Source: Candidatus Binatia bacterium
Lineage (GTDB): Bacteria > Desulfobacterota > Binatia > UBA9968 > CAXXLF01
Length of the DNA stretch: 64,000 nucleotides
Assembly (NCBI GenBank): GCA_963664015.2
Contig: CAXXLF010000002.1
Span: 896,001-960,000 of the forward strand
Direction: 5' to 3'
In this document: positions 1-10,822 of the stretch, in pieces
Layout of the letters: each line of letters opens with the position of its first letter
Numbering within the stretch: position 1 is the first letter of the stretch
Notes under the pieces: generated by a model
What the model saw: only the letters and a program-made list of their open reading frames with translations
The model's database searches: none
Told to the model about the DNA's origin: nothing
Position numbers and translations under genes: made by a program

Positions 1-326
1 CCCATCCGGTCCATATCCTTCAAACGCAGTTCGGGCTGGGATAGATCCCGGCTCCCCATTTCAATAGGAAGGCTCAAACCGGTCCCCGAATAGACCGGGT
101 TTGTGGTTGCCGGGTTATTGGCCGGCTGGCTACCCGGACCCCAGTGACGGGGGGTCAAACGTCCTTCTATAAACCATGAACTCTCCAAGTTTCCCAGATC
201 TTCGTTATCGTCAATTCTAACGGGTCTTGGACGCCGAAGACGCATGGGTTCCGGCAAATCCTCCCACATGCGCTGGCTCACCATGACGTGGGCATCGGCG
301 TCGAAAACGGTCAGTCCATTCTGCAT
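1..326 (-). CDS. Amidohydrolase_2-family protein, 5' part (runs off window)
   Basis: Hand translation MQNGLTVFDADAHVMV...RLKDMDRMG; DAxAH metal motif; GGAGG RBS upstream; not in the ORF track. Confidence 0.8.
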   Translation of the reverse strand, partial: MQNGLTVFDADAHVMVSQRMWEDLPEPMRLRRPRPVRIDDNEDLGNLESSWFIEGRLTPRHWGPGSQPANNPATTNPVYSGTGLSLPIEMGSRDLSQPELRLKDMDRM

Positions 327-671
327 CTCAATCGGTCCTCCCAAATGCTACTTTTGGTCGCTGGAATTGTTCTTACAACATTTGAAGCAGCTATGTCCAC
401 AGAAGCAAACGACGAGCGCCGAAGCAGCCAAAAATTCCTTCGGACCGATATCTCCAATCCCTTTTTTGATCCCTAGGGGGCGCGCTATCGTAGAGGAGCG
501 CGAAAAGGTGACCTTAAGAGTCAAGAGTAGTCTTCACCCCTTATTTCGATTCGGCAGCGATCAATACGGGAGATAACGGTCAAATTACCGGCCGATTGCA
601 ATAGACTCGATAACTGCCTAAATACCCGACCAGATGCTCTTGTGCATTGCCTTATCATACCCGGCCATTGG

Positions 672-1145
672 TTATAGACCCAGGTCTGACAAACCGGGAT
701 GACCGTCTGGCCGGCGGCCGAGAGGCCAGTGATATTTGCGTTCTTCCTCTTTTATCGGCAGATCGTTAATGCTGGCAATGCGGCGTTTCATTAATCCAAA
801 CTCATCGAACTCCCAATTCTCATTTCCGTACGAACGGAACCAGGAACCCCCGTCATCATTCCATGCGTATGCAAATCGCACGGCGATGCGGTTGCCATGG
901 GTGGTCCAAAGTTCTTTGATTAACCGGTAGTCCAGCTCTCTTTTCCATTTGCTTTGCAGAAAGGAAACAATTTGCTTGCGCCCATCAATAAATCCAGATC
1001 GGTTTCGCCATTGGCTGTCGATAGTATAAGCAAGCGAAACGCGCTCCGGATCGCAGCTGTTGCACGCGTCCTCTGCCATTCCAACCTTTTGTGTAGCACT
1101 ATCCGTATTAAATGGCGGGAGTGGGGGCCTGGGTCCTCCCTCCAT
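672..1145 (-). CDS. DUF1348 / SnoaL-like (NTF2 fold) protein
   Basis: [32 protein letters not shown] and [11 protein letters not shown] motifs. Confidence 0.85.
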   Translation of the reverse strand: MEGGPRPPLPPFNTDSATQKVGMAEDACNSCDPERVSLAYTIDSQWRNRSGFIDGRKQIVSFLQSKWKRELDYRLIKELWTTHGNRIAVRFAYAWNDDGGSWFRSYGNENWEFDEFGLMKRRIASINDLPIKEEERKYHWPLGRRPDGHPGLSDLGL

Positions 1146-1252
1146 TTAATTAAAGATCCTCCAAATATTGATTCCATATCCATATAACAATACCAGCCAA
1201 CTGCCAAATCGTCGGGGACGCAGCCCGATCGATACATATCCAAACCCCTTTT

Positions 1253-1663
1253 TCAGTTATCGCTATCAGGCCGCACGGAGACTCGGAGGATTTTTTTCTC
1301 CGCCTGACGGCGCTTATCGGCAAGCATGCGAAGCTTGGCCCGCCGGGAGCGCCGTCTTTTTTGTCGGCGGACCTTTTCGATCCTCTGTTCTTCGGCGGAT
1401 TGCGCTCCAACCAGCTTCGTCTCGATTTTATCCAGAAGGATTCTTCGCGCGAGAAAACGGTTGAGGGCCTGGGAGCGCTCTTTTTGACACTTAACCCGAA
1501 TACCCGTCGGCCGGTGGTGGAGCACCACGCAGGTGGAGGTCTTGTTGACCTTCTGGCCGCCGGCACCGGATGACCGGACAAACTGCTCCTCCAGGTCTCT
1601 CTCCCGGACTCCCAACGCACGCATACGTCTGATCAACTCTTTTTCTTTTCCTGGAGAAACCAC
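1253..1663 (-). CDS. Peptide chain release factor-like ribosome-rescue protein (RF-1 GGQ domain, basic tail)
   Basis: [36 protein letters not shown]; Arg/Lys-rich C-terminus. Confidence 0.85.
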   Translation of the reverse strand: MVSPGKEKELIRRMRALGVRERDLEEQFVRSSGAGGQKVNKTSTCVVLHHRPTGIRVKCQKERSQALNRFLARRILLDKIETKLVGAQSAEEQRIEKVRRQKRRRSRRAKLRMLADKRRQAEKKILRVSVRPDSDN

Positions 1664-1941
1664 AAACAGCGCCCTAGTCTTTCACTTCTAACATAGCATA
1701 CCTGCCGTCGACAGGAAGGTCGCAGGATGGGGATCGACCGACACGCCGGCAAGCAAAAACAAAACTTCAGTTACGACGTTTAATGGGAACTTGATTTTCC
1801 GGGTCTCTCCTTTACCCATTTGCTCCATTTTGACTCCTCATTTCATGCGAAAGAGCTTTACTCCAAAATCAATACGTGTGCCTTGTAAACGATTCCAGGG
1901 GCACATCGTCTAAGAACTAATTACACACCGAGGAGGACCCG

Positions 1942-2284
1942 ATGAAGAAAGTCATGATGATTGCCTTGGGCATGCTTATAATTAGAGTTGCCGGCCCGAC
2001 CTATTCACAGGATGCAGGAGATAAGGATTGAGGAGAGACTCGATCACCGTAGAGAAGCCATCAATCAAAGGCTGGACCAAAAAGGGGAAGCCCGCAACGA
2101 ACGTCTCGATAAAAAGGCCAAAATGGCTCGCAGTCAAGGGAAGGAGAAATTGTCCGAGCGGCTCGATGCCAATGGTGACCGGATCGAGAACAGACTCGAT
2201 CGGCGCGGTGATCGAATTGAGCGCCGTCTCGACCGACGCGGCAAGAGAGCCCATCAACATTCTCACCGCAGGAGGGGGAAGTAA
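1942..2284 (+). pseudogene. Secreted RLDRRGDRIE-repeat protein, frameshifted near 2025
   Basis: AGGAGG RBS and ATG at 1942 give signal peptide MKKVMMIALGMLII; stop follows, and the repeat domain continues in another frame to 2284. Confidence 0.6.
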
Positions 2285-2372
2285 AATTACTTCCCCTAGT
2301 GGCTAAGGGCAAGGACGAGTTGAGAGCCTTCGCCCTAGCCCGCTTCAAATCAGGCGGCCGCAGCAAATAGCT

Positions 2373-3671
2373 TCAGTGGCCGCCACCTTCCGTCCTGGGT
2401 ACGTAGGCTTCAGTGATATTTAGGCTTCGGAGGGTCCGGTTGGGCAAAACTACCAGGACCACAAAGGAAATCACCGCCAGCCCTCCCGCGACCAATGCGA
2501 ATGACGCTGTCGTCAGTGCCGCTACCAGGGCAAACTGCATCTCGCCCACCGGCCGGACGCTGGAGTGCGTCATTGCCCACAGTGCCATGACCCGCCCTCG
2601 GAACTCGTCGGGTACCATGAGCTGCAGACAACTCTGGGAGGCCACACTAAAGATGGAGCTACCGACCCCGGCGATCCACAGCACTACGAGCGTCACCAGG
2701 TACCACTGGGATAACCCGAACAAAATAACGGAACCGCCGAGCACGAGTGAGCCTACCACAGTCCACTTTCCCTGGTCCCGAGCGGCCATCCAGCGGGCGC
2801 CAATCACCGCTCCGATAAGACTGCCGATACCTTGGGCGGTATGCATCATCCCCAGCGCCTCGGGGCCCATTCCCAAAACATCTTTCGCGACCACCGGGAA
2901 TAGCACGTGCATGGCAAGCCCGAACAGCATGTTGGCGTACACCACGCCAATGAGGGAAACGTAGATCCGGTTGGTCCACACGAAGCGCATCCCTTCTACA
3001 GTGTTGGACAGCATGTTTCCACGGCGCACTCTTGCAATAGGCGGTACCTGTAAGAAGCACAACACAAGGGTATAGACAGCCAGGCCCACCGCCGTAATGG
3101 CAAAGACCGTACCCGCCGCCAGCATGGCAGACTCGGTCGCTCCCATAACACCGGCCAGGACGAGACCTGTGACCACGGGTGAAAAGACCCGCGTGCCCGG
3201 GTGAACCATGGCATTCAGACCGATCGCACTGGGCATTGCAGCCCGGTCAACCAGGTGGGGAAAGAGCGACTGGCGCGCCGGCTGCTCGAACACGCTCAAG
3301 CATGAGTGGAGAAAGCTCGCCAGGATGACATGCCAGACCTCCACCGTTTGAAAAAAGCACAGCGTTGCCATTATAGAGAGGATGACTATGTCGACCGTAT
3401 GGGTAACGATGAGCAAACGGCGCTGATCCAGCCGGTCCGCCAAGGCCCCCCCAAGCAGCGCCAAAGCGGTCGCCGGCACCGCCTGGGCCAGGCTATTGGC
3501 CCCAAGCAGAAGCTTCGACTCGGAAAGCTCGTAGATGAGCCACCCCTCGGAAATCCACAGCATCTGCTTCCCAGCAATGGAAACGATGTGACCGAACCAC
3601 CACTGGCGGAAGGGACGGGATTGTAAGGCGGGAAACGCCCCCAGCCAGTCACGCAAACCGTTTAGCAACAA
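2373..3671 (-). CDS. MFS transporter (MFS_3/EntS-like)
   Basis: About 12 hydrophobic segments; GGALADRLDQRR motif; VPDEFRGRVM. Confidence 0.9.
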   Translation of the reverse strand: MLLNGLRDWLGAFPALQSRPFRQWWFGHIVSIAGKQMLWISEGWLIYELSESKLLLGANSLAQAVPATALALLGGALADRLDQRRLLIVTHTVDIVILSIMATLCFFQTVEVWHVILASFLHSCLSVFEQPARQSLFPHLVDRAAMPSAIGLNAMVHPGTRVFSPVVTGLVLAGVMGATESAMLAAGTVFAITAVGLAVYTLVLCFLQVPPIARVRRGNMLSNTVEGMRFVWTNRIYVSLIGVVYANMLFGLAMHVLFPVVAKDVLGMGPEALGMMHTAQGIGSLIGAVIGARWMAARDQGKWTVVGSLVLGGSVILFGLSQWYLVTLVVLWIAGVGSSIFSVASQSCLQLMVPDEFRGRVMALWAMTHSSVRPVGEMQFALVAALTTASFALVAGGLAVISFVVLVVLPNRTLRSLNITEAYVPRTEGGGH

Positions 3672-4103
3672 TGGCGCCTCTTTCTCTACCGTACGCTTGA
3701 AAATGCGTACCCACTATAGGTCCTTTATCGTCCGAGGCACAAATCCTTACCAGATTTATTAATGACTACACGCAGGCGAGCCCCGAGAGAGGCCCAATTA
3801 GGGGGTGATGGAGCGGTAGACTAAGGGAATTCTAGTAGCAAAGAGCAAGGTTTGCCGCTAGCCGTGACCTAGCGGCTGGAAAACTACGAAAACTATTTTG
3901 ACAAGCGGGAATTAATGTGGAGCTTAAATAGCAGGGGCTCAAGGAACCATGGCGCGCGAATATCATTCAGTTGTCGCATTGCAAGACCTGACCTTAATTT
4001 CTCGCTTTCTGTAGAATAATCTCGTTATAGCGTACTGCTATTCTCCGAACTTGACTTGCTTGGCGTCTTGCCTCGAGTCACACCAAGCTGATTCCGTTTC
4101 CAA

Positions 4104-5240
4104 TTACCCGAGAGGGAACCCATAGTATGAAGCGCAATTGTCCCAAAGGATCTTACGCTTTTCACCATCGCTCCACGGCAACTCTAAAAAGGCATCGATG
4201 GCGTAGGGAAACCTGGAGTCTACATGGGGATAGTCGGTAGAGAATACCAGGCGATCGCACCCCATCTGGTCAATGACCGACCGGGCAGTATGTTCATCCG
4301 GTTCTACGGATACAATACATTGTCTTTTGAAGTACTCGCTGGGAGCCATGGTCAAACCCTTGGTCCAGACGTCGCCGTCGAGCTCGACTGCTTCGTCCAG
4401 CCGCCAGAGAATCCAGGGTAACCAGCTACAGTTCCCTTCCAGAAACGCCACTCTGAGTTTCGGATGACGCGCTAAGACCCCGCCGGCGCAAAAGCTACCC
4501 AAAGCCATCATTTGTTCTAGCGGCTGGGAATATACCCGTCGAAGCATGAAGTTCGGTTCGAAACGCTCCCCGGGATTGTTCACCCCAGTGCGTGAAGCCT
4601 CATGGAACCCCAGTGGAAGATCCAGCTCCTCCAGAGTGGACCACAGCGGATCGTAGTATTCATCGTACCAGTTCTTCCCGTTAAACAGGTTGGCGCGGAT
4701 GAAGACCGCCTTGAAGCCCAGTTCCTTGGAGCACCGGCGGGCTTCTTTCACCGCTTCGTTCATATCGTAGGGCGAGATCATGGCGGCACCGAAGAGACGC
4801 TGGGGATTCTCATTGCAGAAGTCATACAACCAATTGTTATACGCACGGGCAATAGCAGCGGCAAGCCGGGGCTCCATATTTGGTTCTGCCAGGGCGGTGA
4901 GGCCCCGGGTGGGGTAGAGCACGGCGAAATCAATCCCTTCCACGTCCATGGCCTCGAGCTGCGCTTTGGAAGACCACCCTTGGTCGGCGTAGTATCGATA
5001 AACCAATTGAGTGCGTTGAAAGTTTTTTCCTCCGTTGGAGGGGCGATTCTTATCTCTGGATGGGTTGTGACCCCATGGTCTCCCATCGGAGTGGGCCATT
5101 CGAAGTTCCCTTAAGTTGTCACTGGTGAGTCCTATGGGAGCGTGTTCCTTGAACTCGGGTTCGATGTAGCGCTGCCAGAGATCGGGAGGCTCCATAATAT
5201 GCATGTCGCTATCGAACACTTTGAAATCATTCTTCGCCAT
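4104..5240 (-). CDS. Amidohydrolase_2-family protein
   Basis: DSDMHIMEP, YNNWL, FHE, FLEGNCSWLP, FSTDYPH motifs. Confidence 0.9.
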   Translation of the reverse strand: MAKNDFKVFDSDMHIMEPPDLWQRYIEPEFKEHAPIGLTSDNLRELRMAHSDGRPWGHNPSRDKNRPSNGGKNFQRTQLVYRYYADQGWSSKAQLEAMDVEGIDFAVLYPTRGLTALAEPNMEPRLAAAIARAYNNWLYDFCNENPQRLFGAAMISPYDMNEAVKEARRCSKELGFKAVFIRANLFNGKNWYDEYYDPLWSTLEELDLPLGFHEASRTGVNNPGERFEPNFMLRRVYSQPLEQMMALGSFCAGGVLARHPKLRVAFLEGNCSWLPWILWRLDEAVELDGDVWTKGLTMAPSEYFKRQCIVSVEPDEHTARSVIDQMGCDRLVFSTDYPHVDSRFPYAIDAFLELPWSDGEKRKILWDNCASYYGFPLG

Positions 5241-5277
5241 AACAGAACTCCTCCACTAATGAGACGCTGGAGATCCG

Positions 5278-6285
5278 CTATCGAGACTGCTTGCCCACCA
5301 GGTACGCCTCCAGATAATTCCGAGAAGATTCGGGGGTCAAGGTGGCCTCGGTGCCGGCGATGGGCGCACCCGGCACCCAGTGGAAGGCATTGGTGTCCCA
5401 ATCCCAGAAGCTATCTCCCCGACCAAAGCCTGACCGCCAGGGCTGTCCGACGGGACTTCCATGGATGCCCACACGGGGGGGAAGCTGCTGAGTCTCCTCG
5501 GCTGGCACGCAGGTCCGCACCACCGGATCGTGGTCCCACTCCGGCAGATCCGCCCACATGCGGTCGTATATCTTCATCATCTCGTCGCCCCGCACCATCA
5601 TGGCTGTATGCAGGGGATGGATGTGTCCGCCTGTACGGCCAACGAGGGCATTCACCTTTTGGAAGGCGAGCCGCCCGCCGCCCGCGAATTTCAGCGCCAG
5701 CATGTCCTTTGAGACGTCGGCGTTCGAGATGGGGTCGACCCCGCAGTACTCGATAAAGAAGTCAGCGGTCTTCGTGAGATCGCGGGACTCGAAGAGCGCT
5801 CCCGCGACACGCCCGACCTTGGCCGTGGTTTCCTGGTCCATCCCGTTGGCCGGCATCCGGACCGGTGCCCAGAACTCCAACTGGTTTCCATCCGGATCTT
5901 CGAACCGAACCGCGGTTCCGTCTTCGCCCTCTTCAGACGTGCGAAAGGCCTCGGTGTGGGGTACCTGGTACTGGTCCAATCGCTGCAGATGTTCGTCGAT
6001 ATCCTGGGCTCGGACGAAGTAGCGGTAACGCGGTAAACTGGCTCCCAGCCCTTTGCTGGCCGGAAGGATTTCCGGGCAGGATGCGCCTCCCACGTGGCAC
6101 GCGCCCACGAACGTGAACTGCACACCGGCGCGCGCTCGCTGAGGCCTAACCGGCCTATCGGCGCCCGTCGCCCGGGGCACGGCTCCGAGGACATTGGTAT
6201 AAAACTCACTCCATCGGTCAATGTCACTTACAGGCACTACATAGTGGTCGATGCCATAAGATGCACCGGGTCGTTGGTCGTTCAT
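5278..6285 (-). CDS. Two-domain VOC/glyoxalase-superfamily protein
   Basis: GIDHYVVPVSD..FYTNVLG, FEDPDGNQLEF; second degenerate VOC module. Confidence 0.75.
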   Translation of the reverse strand: MNDQRPGASYGIDHYVVPVSDIDRWSEFYTNVLGAVPRATGADRPVRPQRARAGVQFTFVGACHVGGASCPEILPASKGLGASLPRYRYFVRAQDIDEHLQRLDQYQVPHTEAFRTSEEGEDGTAVRFEDPDGNQLEFWAPVRMPANGMDQETTAKVGRVAGALFESRDLTKTADFFIEYCGVDPISNADVSKDMLALKFAGGGRLAFQKVNALVGRTGGHIHPLHTAMMVRGDEMMKIYDRMWADLPEWDHDPVVRTCVPAEETQQLPPRVGIHGSPVGQPWRSGFGRGDSFWDWDTNAFHWVPGAPIAGTEATLTPESSRNYLEAYLVGKQSR

Positions 6286-6784
6286 GGCCCCTCCTTTTTA
6301 GGTTGAGTGTCCGGCCCCGAGGTGCATGGGGTGTCCCTACGGGGCGCGCGGAACGGAATCCGCAACACCAGATGCGGCGATTATTAACTCAGTTGGGGTT
6401 AGATGTCCAGCCCATGCATGCAAACCGGTCACGAGTTGGCCTCTGGTCGGACCTTAGAAAAAGGAAAAAGGGTCGTGCTGAGGCCCATCCCGATTTCAAT
6501 GTTTGATTGTGGTAAGCTTGTCGTTCGGAAAAACAACAATCCATAGACCTGACCCTCCTGGTGACCCTACTCACTACTCACTGACCCCGATCCAAAAAGC
6601 GTTGTTAAGACCAAACCGTCTTAACCGGATGAGGGTTGACACCGACCAACAAGGTGTACTAGAGTCCTCCCCGATTCTTAGGAAGACTCGGCCAGGCAAG
6701 ACGTAGAGTAATTGGTGAGGACTAACTCCCAGGGACCGAGCAGATGCGAATGGGTAAACCAAAAACGATCAGGAGGTTGTACTG

Positions 6785-7909
6785 ATGTTCAAAAGATTTG
6801 TCTTAGCTGGAGTATTGACGGCGGCGTTGCTCATGGTGGCTTATGCTACTCCCCAGCCTGCAGCAGCGCAGGCAACCAACTTCAAGGAAAAGTGGGCGGC
6901 TCTGAAGGCTGCGGCGCAGAAGGAAGGCCGGGTGGTGTTTCGGATCGGCTCGTCCGAGGCGCGGAACTTTCGCAAGCACCGACCAAAGTTTGAGAAAATC
7001 CTTGGAATAAAGCTGGAGATCATCACAGGTAGCTCTCGAAAACTGATCCCGAAGCTCCTCGTGGAACGCGGAGCGGGCAGGTACACAACGGACCTGTGGC
7101 TGAGCGGTCCCTCGTCGGTCTACTCGCTGCTCATTCCCGCCGGTGCCGTCGAGAAGCTGCAGCCGGATTACCTGTTCCACCCGGAGGTGGTAGGGGACCC
7201 CGGTGTTTGGTTTGGAGATGGTTTCCCGTATGCCGACCCCGAGCAAGAGCGGCAGTGGGCCTACGGGGCGGACCCGGACCCTCAGATCTGGTACAACACC
7301 AAGCGGGTGAACCCCGACGATATCAAATCCATTCATGACCTGCTGAATCCCAAGTGGAAGGGCAAGATCCTGGCGAGAGACCCCCGAATATCAGGCACGA
7401 CCGGTCCGGCGGGTTTTCTTGTCGAAATGGTGGGTAAGGAGTGGGTCCGGAAGATGTGGAGCACGCAAAAGATTGTCATTGCGCCGGACGCTCGCACAGG
7501 CGCAGAGTGGCTGGCTCAAGGGCGGTTCCTCATTGGCATTTACGGATTCCAAAGGGCGGTGAAAGCTGCCAGGCGAGACGGCCTACCCGTGAGGGCCATG
7601 GACAAGACCTTCCCAGAGGGTGTGCAGGTGGGTATGGGAGGCCGGGGCTTTCAGGCTATGACAAAGGCCCCTCACCCCAATGCGGCAAGATACTTCGGTA
7701 ACTGGTTCCTGAGCCGGGAAGGCCAGATACTATACCAGAGGATCACCGGCGACAACTCCCTCAGAACAGACATCCCCAAGGACGACGTGAGCCTAGACGA
7801 CCGGATCGACCCCAAGGGCAATAACTGGTACGACTGGAAGAAGACTATTGAGCGTGACGCGGCACAACAGTACCACCGCAAGCTACTGAAAGAGCTCGGC
7901 GGATATTAA
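6785..7909 (+). CDS. ABC transporter substrate-binding protein (Fe3+/thiamine-type)
   Basis: Signal peptide; AAQKEGRVV, YNT..V, LLNPKWKGKI, APHPNAAR.F.NWFLSREGQ; AGGAGG RBS. Confidence 0.85.
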   Translation: MFKRFVLAGVLTAALLMVAYATPQPAAAQATNFKEKWAALKAAAQKEGRVVFRIGSSEARNFRKHRPKFEKILGIKLEIITGSSRKLIPKLLVERGAGRYTTDLWLSGPSSVYSLLIPAGAVEKLQPDYLFHPEVVGDPGVWFGDGFPYADPEQERQWAYGADPDPQIWYNTKRVNPDDIKSIHDLLNPKWKGKILARDPRISGTTGPAGFLVEMVGKEWVRKMWSTQKIVIAPDARTGAEWLAQGRFLIGIYGFQRAVKAARRDGLPVRAMDKTFPEGVQVGMGGRGFQAMTKAPHPNAARYFGNWFLSREGQILYQRITGDNSLRTDIPKDDVSLDDRIDPKGNNWYDWKKTIERDAAQQYHRKLLKELGGY

Positions 7910-7979
7910 GTAGTGTGGGAGTGAGTGCGAGTGCTACTTCGTTAAAGTTTTCGGTTCATGAATTTTGGAGAGAAACCTG

Positions 7980-8189
7980 ATGAAAACATTAATAATTTTT
8001 ATGGGAGTTGCCATTGCAATTGTGTTCGGGGCACCTGCAATTTCTGTTAAAAATAATGCTTTCGCGCAAACCTACAGGACAACCCCCAATCCTATCACAG
8101 GGGGATATACGACGAGGGGTTCCAACGGATCAACCTACAGGACAACCCCCAATCCTATCACAGGGGGATATACGACCCGACGCAGGTAA
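7980..8189 (+). CDS. Small secreted protein with two TYRTTPNPITGGYTTR repeats
   Basis: Signal peptide ending AFA; GGAG upstream; in-frame repeat. Confidence 0.6.
   Translation: MKTLIIFMGVAIAIVFGAPAISVKNNAFAQTYRTTPNPITGGYTTRGSNGSTYRTTPNPITGGYTTRRR
8069..8176 (+). repeat. Exact 45-bp direct repeat, period 63 bp
   Basis: aacctacaggacaacccccaatcctatcacagggggatatacgac at 8069 and 8132. Confidence 0.9.
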
Positions 8190-8253
8190 TGAATTTACCC
8201 TTTATTGTAGGTTGAGGTGATACCCGGACATCCCTCGGACATCACACGCTAAG

Positions 8254-8289
8254 AAGACCTCTCAGACACCATGCTGAGGGGTCTTTTTT
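8254..8289 (+). terminator. Intrinsic terminator
   Basis: aagacctctcag-loop-ctgaggggtctt followed by a T run. Confidence 0.65.
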
Positions 8290-8454
8290 ATGGGTGTCGA
8301 GAAGGTTCAGGAAAACATGCTGGGGTGTTCTGTCGAGTGGGTCTAAGTCTGCGGGGTATGAGGTCAGAAACCACCACACCCCATTCTGTCTACCCATCCC
8401 GAATATTCTCTACTAGAATTTCCGTACGAGAAACCCCTTACCAAGGAAACACTA

Positions 8455-8655
8455 ATGTTGGGATCAGTCGCTCTAATTTTGCTCCTGATTGCCGGGTATC
8501 TGCACATGTCTTTTTGGTGGTTGGTGCCGGGAACCATTATCAATAGTTTTATTGGAAGGTATGCAGCTGGAGCTGGGCTGCTCGTGCCCTGCACTACCCC
8601 GCTACAGTGGGGAAGGGTATGGGAGATGAGTAAGTCGGTGTACCAGCACTTATAA
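8455..8655 (+). CDS. Small membrane protein, possibly truncated
   Basis: Hydrophobic N-terminus; AAGGA upstream. Confidence 0.35.
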   Translation: MLGSVALILLLIAGYLHMSFWWLVPGTIINSFIGRYAAGAGLLVPCTTPLQWGRVWEMSKSVYQHL

Positions 8656-8680
8656 AAATGCTATTTGCACCGAAAATTAG

Positions 8681-10456
8681 CTAGCTGGATCCACCCTCAA
8701 GCCGCTGAAGCCCAAACTTCGAGCTCACCCGTCGGGCGACCAGCGCCAGAGCAACCGATATGAGAACAATAAACAGGCTGATGATCCCCGCTTCTTCCAG
8801 CTTCGCCCCCTGTTCGTCTGTCATGAACTCCAGCGCCAGGATCGACAATGTCAACGTTTCTTGAGTTGCCAGCAAAATTATACTGGAGGTAGTGTTCGCT
8901 GCCAGGACGAAGTTGAAGATTCCTATCATGATCATGATTGGTAGCAGCAGCGGCAACCATATCTTCAGGTAGGTACGGACCCATCCAGCACCGCAAACGC
9001 GCGCTGACTCCTCCATATCGGCACCCAACTGGAGCATTACTCCTTTAGTCATCTGTGTGCTGAGTAATTTTCCCTGCAAAACAACCACCAACATGAGTGC
9101 ATAGATGGTACCGTAGATCATCGTTAGGAATGGGGTATTCAGGAACAGGGCCACCAGGGCAAGGCCCGCAACCATGCCTGGGATAGCACTGGAGACCCAG
9201 AAGATGGAATCAAGGATCCCTTTTCCGGGCCAATTCGTACGCACCAGGACGTAAGCCACCAGCGAAAAGATAATTGGCGATAGTATCCCCGTGGCACTTG
9301 CCAGGATCAGAGTCGTTTGCAACGCCCGTAGGAATCCCGGGTCTACGAGGATTATTGCCCAGTGATGTAGGGTGAACATAGGCGTTGCATCAAAGAAGCC
9401 CACACGGGTCATAAAGCTGCCACCCAGCAGAGTTAGGACGGGTATAACTGTCAGCATCGCCAGCAAGATCACAACGCCCGTGAAAACAAAAGGTCTGGCT
9501 TTCCCCAAATCAATTAAGCCGTACTTGTATTGCCCCGTTATTGTAGTGAATCGCCGCCCTCCGGTAAGCCACCGCTGCACCGGAATGACAATTAACAACA
9601 CCGCCATGGTCATAATACCCAGCGCGGATGCCGCTCCGTAGGCCGGTGGCTCGAAGAACCTGATGAAGTCGAAAATCCGCGTGGAGTAAATAAAAAAACC
9701 GAAGGGTTTCCCCAGAATCTGCTCGATATCGAAGGACTGGAACATGCGCACCAACATCAACATGAAGACCAGCACCATGGGCGGGGTCATCAAGGGCAAC
9801 GTGATCCGAAACGCAGTTCCCATCTTTGAAGCCCCCGAAATCCTCCCGGCTTCTTCAAAAGTGACGTCCATGTTTCGAAAGGCTGGGGTCAGGAGCATGA
9901 CGCTCTGGGAAATGGCGTTTGCCATCAGATGGGCGAAGATAATGCCCGAGAGACTATAGATATTGAAGATGGGCTCGTTGATGAATGGCACCCAACGCAT
10001 CAAGGCGATGTTCAGCATGCCCACGGTATCATCCAGGAGGAACGTCCAGCCGATGGTAACGGACAGGGTAGGCATCATGAAGGATATCCAAAACCCAAAC
10101 TCAAGGTTCCTACTGTAGGGAATATTCGTTCGAGCAAGAGTCCATGCGATGAGCACAGACGTGGGGTACCCTATAGCCATGTAGAGTGTGAATACCCAGA
10201 TACTGTTGCCCAGGGCCCCAATGATGCGGGGATCAGAAAAAGCCATCTGCCAGTTGGCAAGGGTCCACTGGGCAGCCTGGCCGAAGGGCGCACTGTTGAA
10301 GCTCTGGAGGACAATCAGTGCAAGCGGGTAGAATACCCAAGCACCAAAGATAAAAATCAACATAGCCATCACAAGGATGCCCGTGTGATCGCCCATGCGG
10401 GAAAGCAGAGAGCGCTTCTGGACAGAAACCAAAGGTGGTGCGATTGGGACTGACAT
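8681..10456 (-). CDS. ABC permease, FbpB/ThiP-type (two BPD_transp_1 modules)
   Basis: Two EAA-like loops (FEEAGRISGAS, MEESARVCGAG); many transmembrane segments. Confidence 0.9.
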   Translation of the reverse strand: MSVPIAPPLVSVQKRSLLSRMGDHTGILVMAMLIFIFGAWVFYPLALIVLQSFNSAPFGQAAQWTLANWQMAFSDPRIIGALGNSIWVFTLYMAIGYPTSVLIAWTLARTNIPYSRNLEFGFWISFMMPTLSVTIGWTFLLDDTVGMLNIALMRWVPFINEPIFNIYSLSGIIFAHLMANAISQSVMLLTPAFRNMDVTFEEAGRISGASKMGTAFRITLPLMTPPMVLVFMLMLVRMFQSFDIEQILGKPFGFFIYSTRIFDFIRFFEPPAYGAASALGIMTMAVLLIVIPVQRWLTGGRRFTTITGQYKYGLIDLGKARPFVFTGVVILLAMLTVIPVLTLLGGSFMTRVGFFDATPMFTLHHWAIILVDPGFLRALQTTLILASATGILSPIIFSLVAYVLVRTNWPGKGILDSIFWVSSAIPGMVAGLALVALFLNTPFLTMIYGTIYALMLVVVLQGKLLSTQMTKGVMLQLGADMEESARVCGAGWVRTYLKIWLPLLLPIMIMIGIFNFVLAANTTSSIILLATQETLTLSILALEFMTDEQGAKLEEAGIISLFIVLISVALALVARRVSSKFGLQRLEGGSS

Positions 10457-10822
10457 GGTTATTTACTTCCAATACCGCAAAAAGTAGCTAAAGTGAAGAA
10501 GGAAAGGCATAGTGAACGGGCGGGGTCACGGACGGCGTCAGGCTTGCCTTATTGCCATTTGCAACCTCAGGCACGGTCAATCCCTGATCTCCTTTAGTCC
10601 CGCACAACAAACAAAAGGCACCGGCGGCTTGGTACCTGGTCCCGGTGCTATCTCTCGAAGAAGTCGCCTGTAGATAGGTAAAAATACGTGCTATAGCTGC
10701 GTTGTGTTTTTCCTAGGCAGTAAGTTACTCCTCTGGCGGTTGGCTGTCAACGACCCTTCCAATGGAACCGAAACGATTAAGGAACCCGCTAAAGATCCAA
10801 GAGCAGGCTTGATCCTCCGTCT

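Noticed and set aside
6560-6780. Riboswitch in the binding-protein leader
   Set aside because: Some short stems, but no consensus I can recognise; needs an Rfam search
8069-8176. Possible mini-CRISPR
   Set aside because: Only two 45-bp units with an 18-bp spacer, in frame in a signal-peptide ORF; no cas genes
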